Source: Chlorobiota bacterium
GTDB taxonomy: Bacteria > Bacteroidota > Ignavibacteria > OLB7
DNA: 64,000 bases
Assembly (NCBI GenBank): GCA_028287785.1
Contig: JAQBOZ010000004.1
Coordinates: forward strand, 47,288-111,287
Direction of reading: 5' to 3'
A model generated the notes under the pieces. That model saw nothing but the letters and a program-made list of their open reading frames with translations, ran no database searches and was not told where the DNA came from. Shown here piece after piece: positions 39,206-47,174 of the stretch; the first letter of the stretch is position 1; each line of letters starts with the position of its first letter. Made by a program: the position numbers and the translations under genes.

Positions 39206-39598
39206 ATGACCCGTTTCATGTTCAAATCGAAGATCCATCGCGCGTTCATAACGCAGGCGGAACTCAACTACGAGGGGAGCCTGACGGTCGATTCCGATCT
39301 CCTCGAAGCGGCCGATCTTCTTCCCTATGAGAAGGTCGCCGTGGTGAACAACAACAATGGCGAGCGCTTCGAGACCTACCTGATTGCAGGAGAGCCGGGG
39401 AGCGGGGTGATCTGCCTGAACGGCGCCGCCGCCCGCAAGGGAGCCGTGGGGGATCAGATCATCATCATCAGCTATACGGAGTTGAGCGATGAGGAGGCCC
39501 GCACCTACAAGCCGACCGTGGTGCATGTGGACCGGAACAACCGGATTGTCTCCAAAAGCCACGAGCAGCTTGCCGGCCAGCGGTATGTAACCGTCTGA
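39206..39598 (+). CDS. panD: Aspartate 1-decarboxylase
   Basis: The sequence [29 protein letters not shown] contains the self-cleavage G-S site of the pyruvoyl enzyme. Confidence 0.9.
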   Translation: MTRFMFKSKIHRAFITQAELNYEGSLTVDSDLLEAADLLPYEKVAVVNNNNGERFETYLIAGEPGSGVICLNGAAARKGAVGDQIIIISYTELSDEEARTYKPTVVHVDRNNRIVSKSHEQLAGQRYVTV

Positions 39599-39754
39599 GC
39601 GAGATACGATCATGAAATTTTTTCGCGAGCCTTTACCGGAGCCGGTGAGGGCTCGTGTCGTTTACAACCCCGCGGAGGGGGATGGAGCCATGGATGATGG
39701 GGAAATCGATCACTTCCGTATTTTCGTGGATTCCGATCAATCAATATCGATAGT

Positions 39755-40528
39755 ATGAAGCAACAGCAACTCGCGGCGGTGATCATGGCGGCCGGCAGGG
39801 GAACCCGGATGAACAACCCGTCGATGGCGAAGGTGATGTTCCCGGTCGGCGGCGTGCCGATGATTTATCACGTGGTGGCCCGCTCGCTGGAGTGCCATGC
39901 CGCGCCGGTGATCGCGATCATCGGCCATAACAGGGAGTCGGTACGGGAATACCTGAGCGGCGCGTTCCCCGGCGCCGTGGAGTTCGCGGAGCAGGTGGAG
40001 CAGCTTGGCACCGGCCATGCCGTGATGCAGGCGGCGCCGCTGCTGGAGGGCTTCGATGGCGATGTGATGATCCTCTCGGGGGATGTTCCCCTGCTCGGCG
40101 CCGAGACGATTCTCGCCCTCCGCGCCCACCACCATGCCACCGGCGCGGTCGCCACGGTGCTTACGGTGATCGCCCCCGATCCGTCGGGATACGGGCGGAT
40201 CATCAGAAACGATGATGCATCGGTTGCGCGCATCGTGGAGCAGAAGGACGCAAGTGAGGGAGAGCGGGCGGTTGATGAGATAAACTCCGGCATCTACGTC
40301 TTCCGCTCGCTCGACCTTCTCGAAGCGCTCGGCCAGCTCCGCAACGACAACGCCCAGCGCGAATACTATCTCACCGATGTCTTCGGCTGGTTCCGCGATC
40401 AGGGGCGCCCGATCGCCGCCTGGACCTCCGCCGATTTCGGAGAAGTGCAGGGGATCAACACGGTGGATCAACTGGCGCATGTCGATCGTGAATTCGTGCG
40501 GCGGAGCCAGCCGGCCGGGGAGTGCTGA
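39755..40528 (+). CDS. Sugar-phosphate nucleotidyltransferase (GlmU N-terminal-domain-like, stand-alone)
   Basis: AAVIMAAGRGTRM is the signature LxxAAGxGTRM. At 257 aa it has no left-handed beta-helix acetyltransferase half. Confidence 0.75.
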   Translation: MKQQQLAAVIMAAGRGTRMNNPSMAKVMFPVGGVPMIYHVVARSLECHAAPVIAIIGHNRESVREYLSGAFPGAVEFAEQVEQLGTGHAVMQAAPLLEGFDGDVMILSGDVPLLGAETILALRAHHHATGAVATVLTVIAPDPSGYGRIIRNDDASVARIVEQKDASEGERAVDEINSGIYVFRSLDLLEALGQLRNDNAQREYYLTDVFGWFRDQGRPIAAWTSADFGEVQGINTVDQLAHVDREFVRRSQPAGEC

Positions 40529-40594
40529 ACGGTTTTTCTGAATATTCGAGCCGGGCGATCGATCAACGGCTTTCCACTTTTCGGGTTTCAATCG

Positions 40595-41050
40595 ATGAAG
40601 GTATCACACATCGGCATAGCGGTGGGCTCGCTGGAGGAGGCGGTGGCGCGCTATTCGGCGCTGTTCGGGAACGATCATCCGCATCGCGAGACGGTGGCGG
40701 AGCAGCGGGTGGATATCGCCTCGTATCCGGTGGGCGATGCCGTGATAGAGCTTACCTCGCCAACCGATGAGGCATCGCCGATCGCGAAGTTCATCGCCAA
40801 ACGGGGGGAGGGAATCCACCATATCGCGTTCGAGGTGGATGATGTGGCCGCGGAGCTGGACCGGCTCAGAGCCGCCGGCGTCCGCCTGATCAACGAAACG
40901 CCCACCGAGGGAGCGCACGATATGCTGATCGCGTTCGTGCATCCGTCGAGCTTCAATGGCGTGCTGGTGGAATTGTGCCAGAAGAAGCCATCGCTGGATG
41001 TCGGGGACGTTGGGGGGACGTTTGAAACGTCCCCCGACAATGACAGATGA
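40595..41050 (+). CDS. mce: Methylmalonyl-CoA epimerase (VOC/glyoxalase fold)
   Basis: Family motifs are MKVSHIGIAVGSLEEA, GEGIHHIAFEVDD and AFVHPSSFNGVLVEL. Confidence 0.85.
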   Translation: MKVSHIGIAVGSLEEAVARYSALFGNDHPHRETVAEQRVDIASYPVGDAVIELTSPTDEASPIAKFIAKRGEGIHHIAFEVDDVAAELDRLRAAGVRLINETPTEGAHDMLIAFVHPSSFNGVLVELCQKKPSLDVGDVGGTFETSPDNDR

Positions 41051-41079
41051 CAAGATCATTGCGGACTATTTCCATTTCC

Positions 41080-41619
41080 ATGAAGTCTCTCTTCCTTGCG
41101 GTTCTCCTCGCTTCCCTTGCGTTCTGTGCCTGCTCCACGCCCCACACCAACGGTTCCGCCGGGGACAGCATCGTCGCGCGCGAGACCACGGCGGTGAAAT
41201 CCCCCGTCCATCAGCGCGAGCCGAACTCCGTGCTGATCGTCGGGACCATCACCGCCATCAATCCGATGCCGAAATCGGATCTGCCGAACACCCCCTGTTC
41301 GCGCGCGCCGTGCGAGGCCACCGTGCATATTGATTCGATCATCCGCGGCGGCGTGATACGCGGGCCGCTTCCGGTGATGGGGGAGTCCGTGGCGATGACC
41401 TTCACCTATACGCTGGGGCAGACCGCCGCGCTCTATCCAAAGCTGAAAGAGAACTATCCGGGGCTCTCGGTCGGCTCGCATTTCGAGGCGGAGATCTTTG
41501 CAACGCCGCGCAACCTTCCCGACAATGGCGGCCTTGTCAAGGGATCGCCAACCGATACCAAGACGCTGCCCACGTTCCCGGCCACCCGGTTCTTCGTCAA
41601 CGGATATTCCGTGCGATAG
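41080..41619 (+). CDS. Hypothetical lipoprotein
   Basis: The ATG at 41080 gives MKSLFLAVLLASLAFCACS, a signal peptide with a lipobox. I recognise no family. Confidence 0.55.
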   Translation: MKSLFLAVLLASLAFCACSTPHTNGSAGDSIVARETTAVKSPVHQREPNSVLIVGTITAINPMPKSDLPNTPCSRAPCEATVHIDSIIRGGVIRGPLPVMGESVAMTFTYTLGQTAALYPKLKENYPGLSVGSHFEAEIFATPRNLPDNGGLVKGSPTDTKTLPTFPATRFFVNGYSVR

Positions 41620-41647
41620 CCCCATATCAGCCCAATCCCCTACGCTA

Positions 41648-42328
41648 TTGGAAACGATCTTCTCCTCTCGTCTTTTCGCCATTGCCATGATGTCGATCGT
41701 GGTGGCCGGCTGCGCGGCGCATACCGCGCTGGAGCCGGTGGGGAAGGGGAACCTGGATCTGAATGCGGGTCTGGGAGGGCCGATCGTCGCGGCGTTCGGG
41801 ACACATATACCGGTTCCATATCTGACCGTCGGCGCGAACTACGGTGTGGATGACCGGCTCGATATCAGCGGGGATCTCCATCTGCTGTCGCTTGCCTACA
41901 GCGTTGCCGGAATCGACGCGGGGGCCACATGGTATCCGTTGATGAACGCCGGCCCGGTTCCAACGCTCGCTCTCGGCGCGCGCCTGACGGCGTTTGCCAG
42001 CCTGAAGAGGGATATCGATGACCGCTTCCGTATCGTGCCGACGTTGACATCGACCGCTGCCTGGCGCCTTGGCGGGGGGCTGATCTTCACCGGGCTCGAT
42101 CTCACGATCCCCCTTACCCGCCAGACGTACGACACTGCTTCGGTTCGCGTTATCCTCTCACCGACCGTCGGGTATCGCTGGAGTCTGGGGGAGAGGACGC
42201 GGCTCTATACCGAGCTTCGGTGGCAGGCCGTCAATGTCAGATCGGACCAGCTCGCGACGGAATATTCCCATCCCGGCGGATATGGGGCCATTGCGCCGTT
42301 CGTGTCCTTCGAGTGGGAACTGCGATAG
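41648..42328 (+). CDS. Hypothetical lipoprotein / small outer-membrane beta-barrel-like protein
   Basis: A TTG at 41648 would give (M)ETIFSSRLFAIAMMSIVVAGC, which has a lipobox. The body has alternating hydrophobic beta-strand-like segments. The start is uncertain, with an ATG alternative at 41687. Confidence 0.5.
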   Translation: METIFSSRLFAIAMMSIVVAGCAAHTALEPVGKGNLDLNAGLGGPIVAAFGTHIPVPYLTVGANYGVDDRLDISGDLHLLSLAYSVAGIDAGATWYPLMNAGPVPTLALGARLTAFASLKRDIDDRFRIVPTLTSTAAWRLGGGLIFTGLDLTIPLTRQTYDTASVRVILSPTVGYRWSLGERTRLYTELRWQAVNVRSDQLATEYSHPGGYGAIAPFVSFEWELR

Positions 42329-42349
42329 CGGCGGGAAGCGGGAACAGTA

Positions 42350-42381
42350 AAGCCTCCGCATACTCAAGGCAGCGGAGGCTT
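42350..42381 (+). terminator. Terminator-like hairpin after the 41648-42328 gene
   Basis: AAGCCTCCGC (42350-42359) pairs with GCGGAGGCTT (42372-42381). There is no strong T tract. Confidence 0.45.
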
Positions 42382-42633
42382 CATGCCTACTTATAGGATG
42401 CCGGGCCTCGCGGTCTAGACGAGAGCGTCCTAATAGCAGGAAACGTAATTTCTTTGGGGGACGGAAGTCGAGGTAAGACAAACGAACTTACCGAGCCCGT
42501 CGATAACACGCAAGTCTGCCGGTAATATTTTCCCCTCCGGGGCGCGGCAACGTGACCATCCCCGGACGGAGCGAACTTCCGGGTCGCGAAACGAAGGTCT
42601 TTTCGAACAATCTTTCTGAATTCCATCGGGATT

Positions 42634-43626
42634 ATGGGCGGCAGGGCATTAAAGACCGTTGCGACGCGACGCCATACCACGGCGGAGCTGGAACGTGCCA
42701 TCGATCTGGCGCGGGAACGGCTGGAGGCGCGTTTCCCAGGGATCGGCGCGCGGCCGGTGCAATGGTTTTCCGCCAAGGAAACGCACGGCGATCTGGATCT
42801 GCTGGTGTTCCCACCGGACGCCGATGCATTTGCCCGCGATCTGCGAAACGCGCTGACGGAGGACTTCAATGCCGCCGAGATAATCCGTAATGGCGATGTC
42901 TGGAGCTTCAATTTCGATGATCTTCAGGTGGATCTGGTGGTATGCCGGCCGGAAGATCGCGATATCGCCATCGCCTGGTATTCCTACAACGATCTATCGG
43001 TGCTTACCGGCCGTATCTATCGCTTCTGGCATTTGAAATGGTCGCCACGCGGCCTTTTCTATCCGCTTTTTGCCGAGGGAACATCGGTGCGGCTGGATGA
43101 TATTTTCATCAGCAGGGATGTCTCCCGCATTTTTGCGATGATGGGATATGATTATGATCGCCATCGCGGCGGTTTCTCAACGATGGATGATGTCTTCCGA
43201 TATATCGCTTCGTCCGAAAAATTTTCGAGGGAGTGCTGCGATCCGAAATATATGTCGAACGATGTCAAAATCAGGGATAACAAGCGGGCCAATGTCCAGT
43301 TGTTCGATGAATGGCTGCGGGGAGAGGCTGTGCCGGATTTTCCGCGTCCAACGCACCGGGAAACGATAGCGATGGTGGAGCGGGCATTTCCGGAATCACA
43401 TCTGGGCGCGGAGATCGCCAAGCTGGAGGCGGAGCATCGCGTGCGGAAGGAGGTGGCGGCCCGCTTCAACGGACGGCATCTTATCGAGGAGTTCGGGATG
43501 GAGGGAAGGGCGATCGGCGAGGCGATGGCGAAATTCCGAAATCATTTCGGGGATGGATATAATGATTTTATCCTCGCCAGCGATTATGCGGCAATTCTTT
43601 CGGCGTTTCGGAATATCGTCGGATAG
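42634..43626 (+). CDS. Hypothetical protein with a Pol-beta-superfamily nucleotidyltransferase-like N-terminus
   Basis: ETHGDLDLLVF, followed by a second acidic strand (DLQVDLVV), resembles the hG[GS]x(n)DxD minimal-NTase catalytic signature. The rest is unrecognised. Confidence 0.5.
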   Translation: MGGRALKTVATRRHTTAELERAIDLARERLEARFPGIGARPVQWFSAKETHGDLDLLVFPPDADAFARDLRNALTEDFNAAEIIRNGDVWSFNFDDLQVDLVVCRPEDRDIAIAWYSYNDLSVLTGRIYRFWHLKWSPRGLFYPLFAEGTSVRLDDIFISRDVSRIFAMMGYDYDRHRGGFSTMDDVFRYIASSEKFSRECCDPKYMSNDVKIRDNKRANVQLFDEWLRGEAVPDFPRPTHRETIAMVERAFPESHLGAEIAKLEAEHRVRKEVAARFNGRHLIEEFGMEGRAIGEAMAKFRNHFGDGYNDFILASDYAAILSAFRNIVG

Positions 43627-43732
43627 ATGCGGTGATAATGATATCGGCCGCATATCGATGCCGTTCCGGTCTCCGGGAATATCGCGCCGGATATTCCCGT
43701 AATTCTTCAGCGATGTAATTCGATGCTTATCA

Positions 43733-44560
43733 ATGCGAAATAATTATCTCCTCGTTGTTCCACTGCTGTTGCTGATGGTCTCCGGCTGCATGGAGATGGA
43801 TGGATTTCTCTTCAACACCAAGAAACTCGATCATTATTCGCTGCCCGGAAATACGATTCCCGATTCGCTTGTCGAGCCGATGAGCGTCATGAGCGGTGGC
43901 AACCGGATCTACGGTTACTGGGTTCGTTCCGGCGGCGGGCGGCCCGGCCTTACAATGCTCTACTGCCACGGGAACAAGCATAATATCGATAACTACTGGG
44001 ACCGGGTGATGTACCTTCACCGGCTTGGCGTCAACGTCCTCATTTTCGATTATCGCGGGTTCGGGATGTCCGAGGGGACATCATCGGAGGAGGGGCTGTA
44101 CGCCGATGGGGAGGCGGCGCTCGATTACCTGACGCGGACGAAGGGGGTGCTTGCCGACTCGCTCATTCTCTACGGATATTCGCTCGGCAATGTCGTCTCC
44201 ATTCATCTCGCCGCCGAGAAGATCACGCCGCTGACGCTGATCGCCGAATCGCCGTTTGCCTCGGCCAACTCCCTGACGCAATCCTCCTCCGGGCTGGATC
44301 TCCCCCCGCGATGGCTGACCGACGGCACGTTCGACAACGCCGCCGCGATCGCCGGGGTTCATGCGCCGCTGCTGCTGATGCAGGGGGAGGATGATGATTT
44401 CGTCCGCTACCGGGACAACGGTCTGGTCGTCTTCCGGAACGCGAACGAGCCGAAGCGGCTGGTGCCGGTGCCGGGCGCCGTCCATACCGACGTTCCCGAG
44501 AAGATGGGGGTGGAGAACTATCTGGCGCTGTTGAACGAGTGGATCGCCACGCGCCGGTGA
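43733..44560 (+). CDS. Alpha/beta-hydrolase lipoprotein
   Basis: The lipobox is LLLMVSGC. HGN (YCHGNKHN) may form the oxyanion hole, and GYSLG is the nucleophile elbow. Confidence 0.8.
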   Translation: MRNNYLLVVPLLLLMVSGCMEMDGFLFNTKKLDHYSLPGNTIPDSLVEPMSVMSGGNRIYGYWVRSGGGRPGLTMLYCHGNKHNIDNYWDRVMYLHRLGVNVLIFDYRGFGMSEGTSSEEGLYADGEAALDYLTRTKGVLADSLILYGYSLGNVVSIHLAAEKITPLTLIAESPFASANSLTQSSSGLDLPPRWLTDGTFDNAAAIAGVHAPLLLMQGEDDDFVRYRDNGLVVFRNANEPKRLVPVPGAVHTDVPEKMGVENYLALLNEWIATRR

Positions 44561-44680
44561 ACGCAAGGGGGAAATCCGGCGACCCAACCCCCGCGCCGTT
44601 CCGGGTCGCGTGAGAAATCGTGCCCGCCGCGGTTACTTTTTTGCCTTCCGCCTCCGATGTGTGATATTTGCCGGCTCGTT

Positions 44681-44947
44681 ATGGCAACCAGAAAATATAT
44701 CGCCCGTGGTCGCGTGCAGGGGGTCGGTTTCCGGTACTTCGCTACCAGAATCGCCGAGGCGTTCGACATCACCGGATGGGTGCGAAACATCCCCGGCGGG
44801 GATGTGGAGATCGTCGCGTCCGGACGGACGGAGAACCTTGACGCGTTCAGAGAGCAGGTCGGGATCGGCCCCGGCGGCGCTCGCGTGGACAGGGTGATCG
44901 TGGAGGAGCTTGCGGAGGAACGGTTCGAGCGCTTCGAAGTCCGGTAG
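44681..44947 (+). CDS. acyP: Acylphosphatase
   Basis: The ATG at 44681 gives a protein with the signature GRVQGVGFRYF and GWVRN. Confidence 0.85.
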   Translation: MATRKYIARGRVQGVGFRYFATRIAEAFDITGWVRNIPGGDVEIVASGRTENLDAFREQVGIGPGGARVDRVIVEELAEERFERFEVR

Positions 44948-44949
44948 CA

Positions 44950-45062
44950 GACTGTTGAAGGACGTTATCCGCGGCCGTTGGCGGAGAATCCTCTCGAGCC
45001 CCGGAGGGGCGCAATCCCTGCTGCTCGGGGCGCTGCCCCGAGCGCGCAATAAATCATTATTA
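44950..45062 (+). repeat. Structured intergenic repeat, short copy (copy B), homologous to 9908-10137
   Basis: The copy reads GACTGTTGAAGGACGTTATCCGCGGCCGTTGGCGGAGAATCCTCTCGAGCCCCGGAGGGGCGCAATCCCTGCTGCTCGGGGCGCTGCCCCGAGCGCGCAATAAATCATTAT. It begins right after the acyP stop. Confidence 0.6.
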
Positions 45063-45103
45063 TCCGATCGGGAATGCCGATCGGCCGTTACAGACAACAT
45101 CCT

Positions 45104-46129
45104 ATGATTCGCAAACCTGTTTTGATGATCTCCGGCGCGGGCGGAGAGATTGGTCATGGTCTGATTCAGCGGCTTGCCGAGGAGGGAACGTACAGCATCC
45201 TCGCGCTCGACCTGAGGCCGATGGACCCGGAGCTGGCCGCGCTGTGCGCCCATACGGTCGTTGGCACCATCCTCGACACCAATCTTCTGGAGCGGATCGC
45301 CTCGGAATATCAGATCGCCGGGATCTTCCATCTTGCCGCCATGCTCTCCACGCGCGGTGAGTTTATCCCGGAAACGGCCCATGAGATCAACGTCCAGGGG
45401 ACGCTCAACCTGCTCAAGTTCGCCGTCGGCGAGGCGCGGAACTCCGGCTCGAACGTGAAGTTCATCTTCCCCAGCTCGATCGCCGTCTACGGCCTGCCGG
45501 ACGTGGCAACCAAGGCCACGGCCGATACAGTGGCGGAGGGTGATTTCCTGGTCCCGACCACGATGTACGGCATCAACAAGCTCTCATGCGAGCATCTGGG
45601 CCGGTACTACACGCATCATTATCGTCAGCTTGCCGCCGATCGCGACGGGTTCCATGTCGATTTCCGTTCGCTCCGCTTTCCGGGGCTTATCAGTGCGTTC
45701 ACCGTCCCATCGGGGGGGACCAGCGATTACGCGCCGGAGATGCTCCACGCGGCAGCAAAGGGGGAGGAGTACGCCTGCTTCGCCCGGCCCGATACCCGCA
45801 TTCCGTTTATGGCGATGCCGGACGCCATCGATGCTCTGCTCGGCCTGTTCAATGCGCCGTTCGAGAACCTGAGCACCACCGTCTATAATGTCGGCTCCTT
45901 TTCCCCGTCCGCCGAGGAGATCAAGGCCAAGACGCTGGCCGCGTTTCCCGATGCCCGGATCACGTACGAGAACGACCGGCAGCGTCAGGGGATTCTGGAC
46001 ACCTGGCCGGCCGATGTGGATGACTCCCGCGCCCGTGCCGACTGGGGCTGGAATCCGTCGTACGATTTCGCGAGGGCGTTCGATGAATATCTGATCCCCA
46101 ACATCAGGCAGCGCTACGATGGCGCGTGA
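45104..46129 (+). CDS. NAD-dependent epimerase/dehydratase family protein (resembles the short-chain L-threonine 3-dehydrogenase subgroup)
   Basis: The ATG at 45104 gives the Rossmann motif ISGAGGEIGHG. It has the catalytic YGINK (YxxxK). The subgroup assignment is tentative. Confidence 0.8.
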   Translation: MIRKPVLMISGAGGEIGHGLIQRLAEEGTYSILALDLRPMDPELAALCAHTVVGTILDTNLLERIASEYQIAGIFHLAAMLSTRGEFIPETAHEINVQGTLNLLKFAVGEARNSGSNVKFIFPSSIAVYGLPDVATKATADTVAEGDFLVPTTMYGINKLSCEHLGRYYTHHYRQLAADRDGFHVDFRSLRFPGLISAFTVPSGGTSDYAPEMLHAAAKGEEYACFARPDTRIPFMAMPDAIDALLGLFNAPFENLSTTVYNVGSFSPSAEEIKAKTLAAFPDARITYENDRQRQGILDTWPADVDDSRARADWGWNPSYDFARAFDEYLIPNIRQRYDGA

Positions 46130-46377
46130 CCCGCGTTCGCCGGGCTTCCGTTTTCGATATGGCGGAACCAATAGGGTGGCGCGATATACGTCCCCGGAGC
46201 CGGATCGGTGGTGAGGAGGCATCACAAAATTTCACCCCGGTGAAGTCTTGCGTTTGAATGAAAGATGTATAACTTCGCGCCCCATTCACGTTGGGAGCGC
46301 CGAGCGCGTCTCGCCCGGAGTTGGGGAGCTCCATGCGCGCCGATGGCGGCGATCTCCTGCCGGGCTGGCTCAGTTAT

Positions 46378-46386
46378 TGTTATAAT
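46378..46386 (+). promoter_or_regulatory. Possible extended -10 element (TGTTATAAT)
   Basis: It matches TGnTATAAT, about 130 nt upstream of the ATG at 46516. I found no convincing -35, and sigma-70-type consensus may not apply in this lineage. Confidence 0.2.
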
Positions 46387-46515
46387 GACCTGAAGCACAA
46401 GCGTAGCCCCTCTGGAGACCGTTTCCTGTCGGTGAACGTTGTTTCGGAAAGGTCGTTCGGGAACCAACGTGAGATTGTTCCAATGTTTCCAACCTAACAC
46501 AGGAGTACGAGACCC

Positions 46516-46746
46516 ATGCTGTGGACACCTGAACTTGCCTCCTATCTGGAGGACGCGCCCTGGCCGGCAACGAAGGAAGAGCTGCTCGATTTTGCGAACC
46601 GCACGGGGGCTCCGCTCCAGGTGATCGAGAATCTACAGGAGTTGAACGACGAGGAAGATGAAGTGTATGAAAGCATCGAGGATATCTGGCCGGAGGCCAT
46701 GAACCACGATGATCTCTTCTTCGAAGAGGATTCGGAAGATTATTGA
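46516..46746 (+). CDS. DUF2795-like small acidic protein
   Basis: LEDAPWPATKEELLDFANRTGAPLQVIENLQEL matches the DUF2795 pattern (FPAtKeeLi...A...GA...v...L). Confidence 0.7.
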   Translation: MLWTPELASYLEDAPWPATKEELLDFANRTGAPLQVIENLQELNDEEDEVYESIEDIWPEAMNHDDLFFEEDSEDY

Positions 46747-46791
46747 TCGTCCCGATCCGATCGTGACGTATCGAATAGATGCAGATCCTTA

Positions 46792-46846
46792 GGGGAAGTC
46801 CCCTGCCTTCGTTGAGTGGAAGGCAGGCTTCCCCATCTTTATTTCC
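46792..46846 (+). terminator. Intrinsic terminator after the DUF2795 gene
   Basis: There are two nested stems. The outer pairs GGGGAAG (46792-46798) with CTTCCCC (46828-46834). The inner pairs CCTGCCTTC (46802-46810) with GAAGGCAGG (46819-46827). ATCTTTATTTCC follows. Confidence 0.65.
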
Positions 46847-47174
46847 GCCTTGTCGCTTCTCCTATTCCTTCCGGCGGGCGTGCCGCGCTTTGTGTTCCGG
46901 TCTCCTCGCGATGGCTCGCCAGCGGTCCCGGTCTTCGGAGTCAGGATGTCCGGCGATAACGGGATGATTGTTCCCAGGCATGCAATTGGATGGCCTGTAT
47001 TGTTTCCGACCCCGTGTGCCTCCGGCATCTCGATCCGCGGGGCCTTTCCATAAGAGCCCTTAACCGTGTGCCCCTGAAGGGCATCGACAAGCGGGCCGGC
47101 AGTTCATGCTGTTAAGAGCTTCAAGCCTTCCGGGGCATCGCCCCGCCGGGGAACTTGGATATACCCATCGGTGG

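Noticed and set aside
42456-42473. GGGGGACGGAAGTCGAGG resembles the 5' end of tmRNA (GGGG...UUCGAC).
   Set aside because: No tag-peptide reading frame is present. No tRNA-like 3' end (T-arm/ACCA) is present either. Only about 160 nt remain before the next gene, far short of a tmRNA.
46129-46515. The 387-bp spacer before the DUF2795 gene might hold a known riboswitch or ncRNA (RNase P, SRP, 6S, cobalamin).
   Set aside because: I could find none of the conserved cores (GAGGAAAGUCCGG, GGAAGCAGCC, GCCACUG). The region mostly contains degenerate copies of the local hairpin repeat. It remains unexplained rather than assigned.
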